This document shows, piece after piece, positions 1-7,575 of a stretch of 64,000 nucleotides of DNA. The DNA comes from Promethearchaeati archaeon SRVP18_Atabeyarchaeia-1. GTDB taxonomy: Archaea; Asgardarchaeota; Atabeyarchaeia; Atabeyarchaeales; Atabeyarchaeaceae. The translations under genes were made by a program, and so were the position numbers. Position 1 is the first letter of the stretch. The number at the start of each line of letters is the position of its first letter. Under the pieces are notes generated by a model. The model was given only the letters and a program-made list of their open reading frames with translations. It searched no databases and had not been told where the DNA came from. The DNA lies in the NCBI GenBank assembly GCA_037308085.1, contig CP147779.1:544001-608000 (forward strand), read 5' to 3'.

Positions 1-714
1 TACGCCGAACTGAGAGCGTCTGATCGTGTTTTCGAAATCGGAGCGGGTCTGGGAGCGCTCTCGATGGCAATAGCGGCCAGGGGCAACGAGTTAGTCAGCA
101 TCGAGATAGACAGCAGGCTAGTCAAACTACTTTCGGCAACACTCAAGGAGCAAAGAAACCTTTCACTAGTTAGGGCAGACGCACTTACCTTCGAACCGAG
201 AGGGATCAACAAGATCATATCTAATATACCATACAACTTGTCTTCTAGCATCACCTTCAAAATCCTTGAATCAGAATTCGAGACGGCGATTCTCACCTAT
301 CAGGTCGATTTCGCAAGGAGAATGATCGCCAAACCGGGATCGAAGGATTACAGTAGGCTTAGCGTGAATGTCTACTATAGAGCGGACGCAGAGATCATGG
401 ACAAGATACCGAGAAGTGCTTTCTATCCCATGCCATCTGTCGATTCTGCAATTGTGAGGTTACGGCGCCGGGAGACCCCTTTTTCCGTTGACGACGAGGG
501 ATTCTTCTTCAAGCTGTTGCGCGGGCTTTTCCCCTACCGGAACCAATTGCTGACCAAGGTAATGAAACGCTTTCTTAGGCTCAACAGCTATGCCAACCTT
601 GACGCCCTGAGAATAATGAAGGACGCAGGTGTAGATGACGATCGAATAAGGAACCTTCAGCCAGAATCGATCGCAAGGCTCTCAAATGTGCTATTTAATT
701 CGGTTAATCGCTGA
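1..714 (+). CDS. ksgA: 16S rRNA m6,2A dimethyltransferase KsgA/Dim1 (5'-partial)
   Basis: Frame open from base 1 (VFEIGAGLGAL SAM motif); ISNIPY, YSRLSV and FYPMPSVDSAIV motifs. Confidence 0.93.
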   Translation, partial: YAELRASDRVFEIGAGLGALSMAIAARGNELVSIEIDSRLVKLLSATLKEQRNLSLVRADALTFEPRGINKIISNIPYNLSSSITFKILESEFETAILTYQVDFARRMIAKPGSKDYSRLSVNVYYRADAEIMDKIPRSAFYPMPSVDSAIVRLRRRETPFSVDDEGFFFKLLRGLFPYRNQLLTKVMKRFLRLNSYANLDALRIMKDAGVDDDRIRNLQPESIARLSNVLFNSVNR

Positions 715-1344
715 TCTATTTCTTCCCAGCCTTGGAGGGTCCACTTGTTGCGCCGACAGAACCAAGAGTTTGTCGAAGAAAATCTTCTTAGATCTCACCG
801 TGGAGACTTCCATTCCCCTAATCCGAAGCCTTCTGATTGTCTTCTTAGCGCCACTGGACGGGTGAACGATAAGCGCTACCCCCCCTGCCTGTAGACGTCC
901 AGACAGCTCATCGATGAATCTATCTATTACCACTCTTCCCCGTGGCCCACCTGCCCATGCCTTCTCCAGCCAACCTGCCCTGTACTCGGAGGACTTTGTT
1001 CGCAGGTAAGGAGGATTGAACAAGACAATATCAAACAAAACACCTTCCCTAAGAGAGCTGAACAGGTCACCAGTGATCACACTCACCAAACCTGTTAAGC
1101 CATTCAACCGTACGTTTTTGGACGCGCATCTTGACGCATGTGGGTTTATGTCTATCGCCACAATTCTTCGCGCCCCGAGAAGTGCAGCCCTAATTGCTTG
1201 GATTCCCGTTCCAGTACCCATATCCAGAACCTGGCTACCTTTCTCCACCTTAATGCTTTCTTCCAGAAGAAACGAGTCATCACTTGGAGAATATACTTCC
1301 TCATCCGAAAGGATTCTTGGATTCGGTCCTGAGTATTGCGCCAA
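691..1344 (-). CDS. HemK2/N6AMT1-like release-factor glutamine methyltransferase
   Basis: VYSPSDDSFLL, LDMGTGTG, FNPPY, AWAGG motifs. Confidence 0.88.
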   Translation of the reverse strand: MAQYSGPNPRILSDEEVYSPSDDSFLLEESIKVEKGSQVLDMGTGTGIQAIRAALLGARRIVAIDINPHASRCASKNVRLNGLTGLVSVITGDLFSSLREGVLFDIVLFNPPYLRTKSSEYRAGWLEKAWAGGPRGRVVIDRFIDELSGRLQAGGVALIVHPSSGAKKTIRRLRIRGMEVSTVRSKKIFFDKLLVLSAQQVDPPRLGRNRSAINRIK

Positions 1345-1366
1345 TGTTTAAACAGACTGCCCCCGT

Positions 1367-1999
1367 TCACTGAGTCTTTACAGTTTTCACCTCCGATGCG
1401 GCTCCGCGAGCTATGAGGACCAAAGCGTTTTCCTTTGGCAACGCAACGATGTCCTCCTGCTGAAATGGGCCATATTCCTCCAAGTCCACGCCGACCAGCT
1501 TTGGCATAGGTTGGAGCATGCGAAGCAACATCATTTCCGAGGATTCTCCCACATCAGTCGCAGTGTGCTCCTCCTCCCTGGGAATGCTGATTGCCGTCCT
1601 TCCTTCTCCGCGCGGCGATTGCATCCGTTGTTGCACATAGTTACTCAAATCCCTGCGCAGATCTTCAATTAGTGATGTCTCTCCTGCAAGTAGGTTGGGA
1701 GCGATCTGCGCCGAGTCTTCAAGAGACAGTGACACGATCTTCTTGGCCCTGGTCTTGAGCAGAGTCCTTAGCATGAATTCCGTGTACTCTATCTCACGTT
1801 TCTTGGCTTGCTCCGTACTAGTGTCCTCGCCCCGTGTAGAGAGTGAAGACTTCAGATTTGATAGGTACACAGTAGCTCTCTCGAAAAAGTCGGACGGAAG
1901 AGGCTGGATGGCTTCCGAGTTTTTCTCGCGCTTCCAAGCATCAAAGATCTCCCCGTACAAGCTAATCCCAACCTTGTCAGTCATCAGGATAGGAGGCAT
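1367..1999 (-). CDS. GINS complex subunit (Gins51-like)
   Basis: N-terminal helical domain (IQPLPSDFF, RAKKIV) and C-terminal B-domain YGPFQQEDIVALP..NA; adjacent to PCNA. Confidence 0.82.
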   Translation of the reverse strand: MPPILMTDKVGISLYGEIFDAWKREKNSEAIQPLPSDFFERATVYLSNLKSSLSTRGEDTSTEQAKKREIEYTEFMLRTLLKTRAKKIVSLSLEDSAQIAPNLLAGETSLIEDLRRDLSNYVQQRMQSPRGEGRTAISIPREEEHTATDVGESSEMMLLRMLQPMPKLVGVDLEEYGPFQQEDIVALPKENALVLIARGAASEVKTVKTQ

Positions 2000-2019
2000 T
2001 CCTCCTATTTCTGAGAAAC

Positions 2020-2787
2020 CTATTCGGCCTCACGCCTAGGTGCCAAGAAATAGGTTATGCGTCCGCCGCTTGAGATCCCTAGATCTACTCTGAGTGGCAT
2101 ATTTGTGGAAAACTGAAGAGAAGCCGTTTCAGAGATCGAACTGGCTTTCATCATGTCGTTCAGGTAATTGAGAGCGTATATGGCATTTGACTCCTCCTTA
2201 ACCTCCAATTCAAGCAGCGCTTCACTCCCCTTCCTGAACTCGATGAGTGCGTCCCCTGTATCGCCCGAGGCCTGCATTGTCAGCATATCCGGTTTCACAA
2301 TTATCTTCACCTGGTCGCTAACTACGCCAGCATCCTTGATCGCCTCGCCAATAGCCTCAGTTGTTAGCTTTGCCGTCACATTGAACTCGACGCGAGGCGT
2401 CGGTAGCTCCTCCGACCCAAGATCTAGAAGTGATTGGCTGAAAGTTCTTGTTGATTTCCCGCGAAACCGAACAAGAAGTTTATTGCTCTTGTCATCATGA
2501 ACTAATTCAAGTGAATCACCCGAACCAGCGCGCCTCATGATTTTCCCCATTTCTTCCAGGTTTATCCCCATCTTCATCTCTGAGCTACATTGATACTCTT
2601 CAAAGGCATCTTTTGAAAGCTCAAAGTCGACCATCGCTACGCGAACGGGGTCCATTGCCCGCATCTTCAGGGCCGCTGGCGTGACCATGAAGTTGGCTTG
2701 TTCCACCAATGTCGAGAGTGCTTCGATAACAGATCGCCACAGTTTTGCATCAGAGAGTACTGCTCTAAACAAATACAATTCCTCCAA
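2020..2787 (-). CDS. pcn: DNA polymerase sliding clamp PCNA
   Basis: RAMDPVRVAMVD, C-terminal YFLAPR. Confidence 0.96.
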   Translation of the reverse strand: MEELYLFRAVLSDAKLWRSVIEALSTLVEQANFMVTPAALKMRAMDPVRVAMVDFELSKDAFEEYQCSSEMKMGINLEEMGKIMRRAGSGDSLELVHDDKSNKLLVRFRGKSTRTFSQSLLDLGSEELPTPRVEFNVTAKLTTEAIGEAIKDAGVVSDQVKIIVKPDMLTMQASGDTGDALIEFRKGSEALLELEVKEESNAIYALNYLNDMMKASSISETASLQFSTNMPLRVDLGISSGGRITYFLAPRREAE

Positions 2788-2849
2788 CTATCTTAGATGA
2801 GCCACAATCCATTTAAAGCCACAATAGTTTTGTGGAAACACTAATATAA

Positions 2850-3200
2850 TTATTTCCCGTGCTGGTCGTATGCGTTTACCCGCTTCTTTACTTGCTGCAT
2901 TTCGTTGTAGATCTCAAAGTCAAAGTTGCTCATATCTTGGATGACTATTGGATCAATTTCTGGCATGTCACTATTCTCTTTTGCCGAAAAGTGTCCTATG
3001 ACGCGTAGCTTCTGACCTTCTTTGTATTTACAGATGGATCTCACCAAAGCCCTGCCGCCCCCATCCCCTATTATGAAGGGATTCGTTTCAATAACCTGTG
3101 CGTAAACTCTAATGATCCGATCTGAATTGGAAACCTGCCCGATTTTCTTCACGATAGAAGCGCGACTGGATTTAGACAAAAGAATGCGGGTCCCCCCCAT
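2850..3200 (-). CDS. Small OB-fold protein, RPA14/RPA3-like
   Basis: OB-fold pattern IRVYAQV..IIGDG.G..GQKLRVIG..IQDMSNFDFEIY; replication gene context. Confidence 0.6.
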   Translation of the reverse strand: MGGTRILLSKSSRASIVKKIGQVSNSDRIIRVYAQVIETNPFIIGDGGGRALVRSICKYKEGQKLRVIGHFSAKENSDMPEIDPIVIQDMSNFDFEIYNEMQQVKKRVNAYDQHGK

Positions 3201-3227
3201 CAGCTAATTCCCAAGAAAGCTCTGCGG

Positions 3228-3578
3228 TCAATATTCTCTCCACGTGTGCTTGCACTTAAGGCATCTGAAGAACAGCGTAGAACCTTCATCTGCTGCCCTA
3301 GTCTGAACCTGCCAGTAGGCCGCCAAGTTGTTATGGCATTTTGGGCAGTCCACTTTGGCGGTAGGCATAGTAGCAAGATCCTTGGAATCACCTTCGACTA
3401 CAGTTATCTTGTCGCGAGGCGTGTGCTTAATGCTCTCGTGCAGGACGTATGACTCTGGTTTGCTATTATCCTGTTCCGTGTAGCCACATTTGCGACACGC
3501 AAGTATCGTTTCCGATGCGTCCTTTCTTGGCATTAGAAGAGCCCCACATTTTGGACAGAAGCGTACCATAATACACAC
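3228..3578 (-). CDS. tfs: Transcription elongation factor TFS
   Basis: Two Zn ribbons, QTRAADE motif. Confidence 0.93.
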   Translation of the reverse strand: MCIMVRFCPKCGALLMPRKDASETILACRKCGYTEQDNSKPESYVLHESIKHTPRDKITVVEGDSKDLATMPTAKVDCPKCHNNLAAYWQVQTRAADEGSTLFFRCLKCKHTWREY

Positions 3579-3631
3579 CTCGAAGTATGCGCACTCGACA
3601 CAGCGAAGCCACTATCGTGGGCACTGCAACC

Positions 3632-4120
3632 TCACATAGAACCAATGCCCGGGCAAGAGTTATGGGTTTTTTGCTGATCACCGTCAACGGATCGAAGGTC
3701 AAGATTTTGCATTATTCTCTTCAACAAATTGGCAAACCCTCTGATGGCTGAGACCTCCTCCTTCTTTCGATCCCGCAAGTCATCCTCCTTGAATTCTGAT
3801 GCTACAACGCTTGCTGCATCTTCAATGTCGATTATCTTGTTCAGCCATGCCGATGCTATGATCGATTCGACAATGTCACCCATCTGATCGGAGCCTGCTC
3901 TCTTAGGCGCAATCTTCCGAAATCCGGCCTCAGTCAATGCTAGCGACAGAACTTTGTCGGAGGCTCTCATACCTTCTGGTCTTCTCAAGACAAAGGAGAT
4001 CGCGAGCGAAAGCACGAGATTTGTTATGCTATCACCCAGTCTGGCTAGACCTTTGTCATTTACTAGCGATCTAGGTGTTATAACGCCAGATAGGGAATCC
4101 CTCTTCATCTGGAGACTCAT
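3632..4120 (-). CDS. Archaeal RNase III-like family protein
   Basis: GLARLGDS..NL and GDIVES signatures. Confidence 0.7.
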   Translation of the reverse strand: MSLQMKRDSLSGVITPRSLVNDKGLARLGDSITNLVLSLAISFVLRRPEGMRASDKVLSLALTEAGFRKIAPKRAGSDQMGDIVESIIASAWLNKIIDIEDAASVVASEFKEDDLRDRKKEEVSAIRGFANLLKRIMQNLDLRSVDGDQQKTHNSCPGIGSM

Positions 4121-4141
4121 CAGCGACTCTTCCTGATAATA

Positions 4142-4441
4142 TCACTTCTGTGATTCGACAGCTTTGGAGAATTTTTCGCTGAACTCCCCAACTAGAGAGG
4201 CCATTTTAGATGACGCCTCGCCCAGTGTCTTCATTGCGTTCTTGCCGTCAGTCTTCAGAGCTAGGCGTGCGGCCAATTTCATCGGATGATCAATCACATA
4301 GCTGGCAAAGAGCACCTTATCGTCATCAAGAAGAGTATCGCGCAAAAGATTAAGGAGAGTGTGTCCTTCACCTTCTATGACGACTTCCAAGTTATATTCC
4401 CCTTGATTTGTCGCGGTCACTTTCATGAGTTCTTCCTCCAT
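4142..4441 (-). CDS. rpoL: RNA polymerase subunit L (Rpo11)
   Basis: GEGHTLLNLL..Y.IDHP motif. Confidence 0.95.
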   Translation of the reverse strand: MEEELMKVTATNQGEYNLEVVIEGEGHTLLNLLRDTLLDDDKVLFASYVIDHPMKLAARLALKTDGKNAMKTLGEASSKMASLVGEFSEKFSKAVESQK

Positions 4442-5013
4442 TAGAAGAAGGGTTTACCATAATTCAGAGATAGTTTTCTTTCTTCAACATTGTAGCACGC
4501 CGGACATGAAAGCCTTGAGCCGCTTAACGCCAAAGGCGTGCCACAGCGTGAGCAAAGAGTGTAGAGAACCCCCAGGGTGCTTCCAGCGGTGGATAGCTGG
4601 TAAGGAAGATGCGATGCGTTGACTATCCTTGCCCTAACCACATCCCCTGGCTTGAACACCGAATCCATGCTGTCCGTGTATTCATCGCTCACCTGTGATA
4701 TGTGTATCAAGCCAGACGCCGACGTAGAAAGGCTCTGGCCTCTTATCCTCGCTATGCTAACCTCTGCCACCTGCTTATGGACGAACACAATCTTGCCTAT
4801 TACTATATCTCCGTTATTAGGAGGAATGGGCTTGTTCAATCGCCTAAATACTTTGACTTTCTTCTCGACTTTGTCAACAAGGATCACGCCAATCCTCGAA
4901 GAGAATATTGTGCCACCCTCTTCATAGGTTCCTTCTGAAGGCACGTACTCTTCAATGACGCCGATCCTGTCTCCCGGAACCACTAGGTCTCCAGTACTCG
5001 CTTTTGCATTCAT
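4441..5013 (-). CDS. csl4: Exosome RNA-binding subunit Csl4
   Basis: VVPGD, S1 domain, C-terminal Zn ribbon ..EERKLS. Confidence 0.93.
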   Translation of the reverse strand: MNAKASTGDLVVPGDRIGVIEEYVPSEGTYEEGGTIFSSRIGVILVDKVEKKVKVFRRLNKPIPPNNGDIVIGKIVFVHKQVAEVSIARIRGQSLSTSASGLIHISQVSDEYTDSMDSVFKPGDVVRARIVNASHLPYQLSTAGSTLGVLYTLCSRCGTPLALSGSRLSCPACYNVEERKLSLNYGKPFF

Positions 5014-5275
5014 ACGACTATTCCCCCGCTTAAGGCAACATGAACATATGTCAGTGAAACAGTCTATAGAGTAGAACTACTCGCTTCTCCTTAATGATTT
5101 CCCTCTCTGAAGCTAATGAATCTTTTTCACATCAACCATGAGAACAAGCCGAGCAAAAGGAAACAAGACCCTCTGCTCCGTCCCGTTCGGAAAATCCTGT
5201 TAGATGCAAAACTACCAACTATCCTCAAAACATATATGTCATTTGATCATTGCACTAATAAATCTAGTGGAGAAC

Positions 5276-5327
5276 GGTTCTGTTAACTTGTTGGGTGATC
5301 GCTCTGGCTGTTAACCGTCGGGTGATG
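5276..5327 (+). repeat. Left terminal inverted repeat
   Basis: GGTTCTGTTAACTTGTTGGGTGATCGCTCTGGCTGTTAACCGTCGGGTGATG; aligns without gaps to the reverse complement of 11778-11829. Confidence 0.9.
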
Positions 5328-5336
5328 TTGAACGCA

Positions 5337-5807
5337 TCATAGCCTTGGTAGAATCTTTTCCCTTACGACTTTCTCTAGCTCACTCGATTTGTCATAATCT
5401 TGCTCTGTGGTCTCGATCGTAGCTATGGCCCTGCCTTGCATCAAAGCGTCTTTCTCAGCCAAGTTATGAGTATTGGTCTTTCTGAAATATATAATGAAAA
5501 CTTTGAAATGTTTCTCAAGCTCATCTATTGGGTTGAGAATGCACGCTTTGTTTATTTTCTTCCCTTGTCTTCTGTTGCCGAACATAGTGAATGGGATAAT
5601 CAAAATGTATGGTTTGCTTGTTGCTTCTCTATTACATTCATCTATTCGTCTTTGAATGTTTTCTTGAACCTTATCAACATCACAGAATGGTGATTGTTCT
5701 TGTGGTGAACCAAAGTTAACAGCACATACTATCTTGCCTTTGAATTTCCTTTCAACAAAGAAATCTGGGTTAGGAGAATCTTCTTCAATCCCAAAGAAAC
5801 TTCTCAT
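5337..5807 (-). CDS. Hypothetical passenger protein
   Basis: 156-aa AT-rich ORF downstream of the transposase, inside the TIRs. Confidence 0.5.
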   Translation of the reverse strand: MRSFFGIEEDSPNPDFFVERKFKGKIVCAVNFGSPQEQSPFCDVDKVQENIQRRIDECNREATSKPYILIIPFTMFGNRRQGKKINKACILNPIDELEKHFKVFIIYFRKTNTHNLAEKDALMQGRAIATIETTEQDYDKSSELEKVVREKILPRL

Positions 5808-5895
5808 AGTAGTTGTTTTTCCGCTTTTAATCCCACCACAAAGAATGACGATGCTATTCGTATTTCCTCAACAAAACTATGATAGGAGACAGTCT

Positions 5896-7047
5896 TTAGC
5901 TTAAGGGTTTTCTATCCTGTTGGCTTGCGTTTTGGATGATTGTTAGCCACTTGTTGTCTCCTTTGACTTTGATTCCACACCTGTCTGCGGGCGTTTCTCC
6001 GTCTAAGGCTTCGTGTGGTCTAACGTAGTTGTGGAATATTTGATAGCCTTTGATGGCTGGCGTGTCTTTCTTCTTCAGCCCGCGCATGACTTTCTCCCTG
6101 TCTCTGACTTCGCCGTTCATTCTCTCCATCTTGTTATTATTGAGATCTCCCCTAGCACTAATGTGCTGAATATGCTTAGTTCTCGGACTGTGAGTAGTCC
6201 AGAACTCTTTCTTGTACGCGATATGGTAGGCTTGAAGGCCATCAGTTATTATGGTTAAGGGCTTCTTTCCTGCTAGTTCTTTTCCTCTTCGGAAGAGGGC
6301 ACCTGCATCATGCTCATATTTTGTTTCTGCTACCTCCTGCGCGATCCAAAATCTTGTTTGATCATCCATCAGGGCAAACAGGTACTTCATGTCTCCCTTG
6401 ATCTTTACATAGAGTTCGTCAGCTCTCCAAGTGTCAGAGACGTTAGGCTTTATCTGTTCAAGGTACTTACCCATGAGTTTAACGTACTTTATTATCCACT
6501 TGTAGACCGCGACATGGGAAATGTTGACACCTTGCAGTATTAGGAACTTCTGAACATTCCTCAATGATTCGCCAGTGAAGTATAGTTGCATGGCTGAGGT
6601 TATGACTTGCGGGGTTGCCCTCATCTTCTCAAAGCCAATGTTGAAGCTGAACCGCTTCCCACAGTTCCCACACCTATACCTCTGGATGTCTCCGTACTTG
6701 TTGTGGCGTAGAGAATCCTTAACTATGTCCGTTGAACCGCAGAACTTGCACACACTCATAGTTAGCGGTTCAATTACTGCTCCCGCTTGAACCTCATTCC
6801 TTAGAGCTGTTGAGAATTCAACCGCATAGATGTGCTTGCACTTTACCGCTCTATACTTGTAGTCCGGGCACTCGCAAACCCATCTATCCTCGGCCAGTGA
6901 AACGAGGTAGGCTCCGTTCCCACTCTGTGAAAGAACCCTGTAAGTTGTAGGATCAATTCTGCTTACTTGGCTTTCCTTTGCTTTTGAGATTCCTTGTCCT
7001 CGCGTTTCCCGTGCCTTTATTTGAGATTGGTTCAGTTCTGCTAACAT
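5896..7047 (-). CDS. IS6-family DDE transposase with N-terminal SWIM-like and Zn-ribbon domains
   Basis: CECPD..CKHI (SWIM), CKFC..CGNC, WRADELYVKI, ITDGL..Y, NNNKMERMNG..R. Confidence 0.88.
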   Translation of the reverse strand: MLAELNQSQIKARETRGQGISKAKESQVSRIDPTTYRVLSQSGNGAYLVSLAEDRWVCECPDYKYRAVKCKHIYAVEFSTALRNEVQAGAVIEPLTMSVCKFCGSTDIVKDSLRHNKYGDIQRYRCGNCGKRFSFNIGFEKMRATPQVITSAMQLYFTGESLRNVQKFLILQGVNISHVAVYKWIIKYVKLMGKYLEQIKPNVSDTWRADELYVKIKGDMKYLFALMDDQTRFWIAQEVAETKYEHDAGALFRRGKELAGKKPLTIITDGLQAYHIAYKKEFWTTHSPRTKHIQHISARGDLNNNKMERMNGEVRDREKVMRGLKKKDTPAIKGYQIFHNYVRPHEALDGETPADRCGIKVKGDNKWLTIIQNASQQDRKPLS

Positions 7048-7158
7048 GTTTATCGCCTTCTATAAGGGTATAAGGACATAGCTACATATAAGGCTTTCCA
7101 CATAGAAGGCGACATACTTAAAAGGGTAAAAGGGTAAATATATAAATGGTTATGGACG

Positions 7159-7335
7159 ATGACAAAAGCAATAAAGGCGAAGCATAAGACTACCAAAACT
7201 ACCATAGACATCGATGAAGATCTCTGGAAAAAATTCAGCATTATAGTTATTCAGAAATATGGTGGTCGTAAGAAAAACGCTATACTTACTGACCTCATAA
7301 AAGAATATGTGGAGAAGAACGAAGTTGGGAAATAG
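7159..7335 (+). CDS. Small ribbon-helix-helix DNA-binding protein (not in ORF track)
   Basis: Hand translation MTKAIKAKHKTTKTTIDIDEDLWKKFSIIVIQKYGGRKKNAILTDLIKEYVEKNEVGK; divergent from transposase. Confidence 0.65.
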   Translation: MTKAIKAKHKTTKTTIDIDEDLWKKFSIIVIQKYGGRKKNAILTDLIKEYVEKNEVGK

Positions 7336-7575
7336 TATGAGCCAAAACAACATTTCGCCTATAATCTTGGCTGCTATCGGAGATTCACAATCTATAGGCA
7401 TCTCTCCACATCAGGTTGCAATCAAGACTGATGAGAAGTCAACCAAGGAGTTGAAGAGTCTCGGTGCAGAAGGTTCCTGTCGATAGAGCCGTTAAGATCA
7501 TTAAGATGGCTGAAAAGACTAGGAGGAACCTGGATTTGGTGGAAGAAAGGGTGCCTTCACAAGAGGTGAGCCCTG

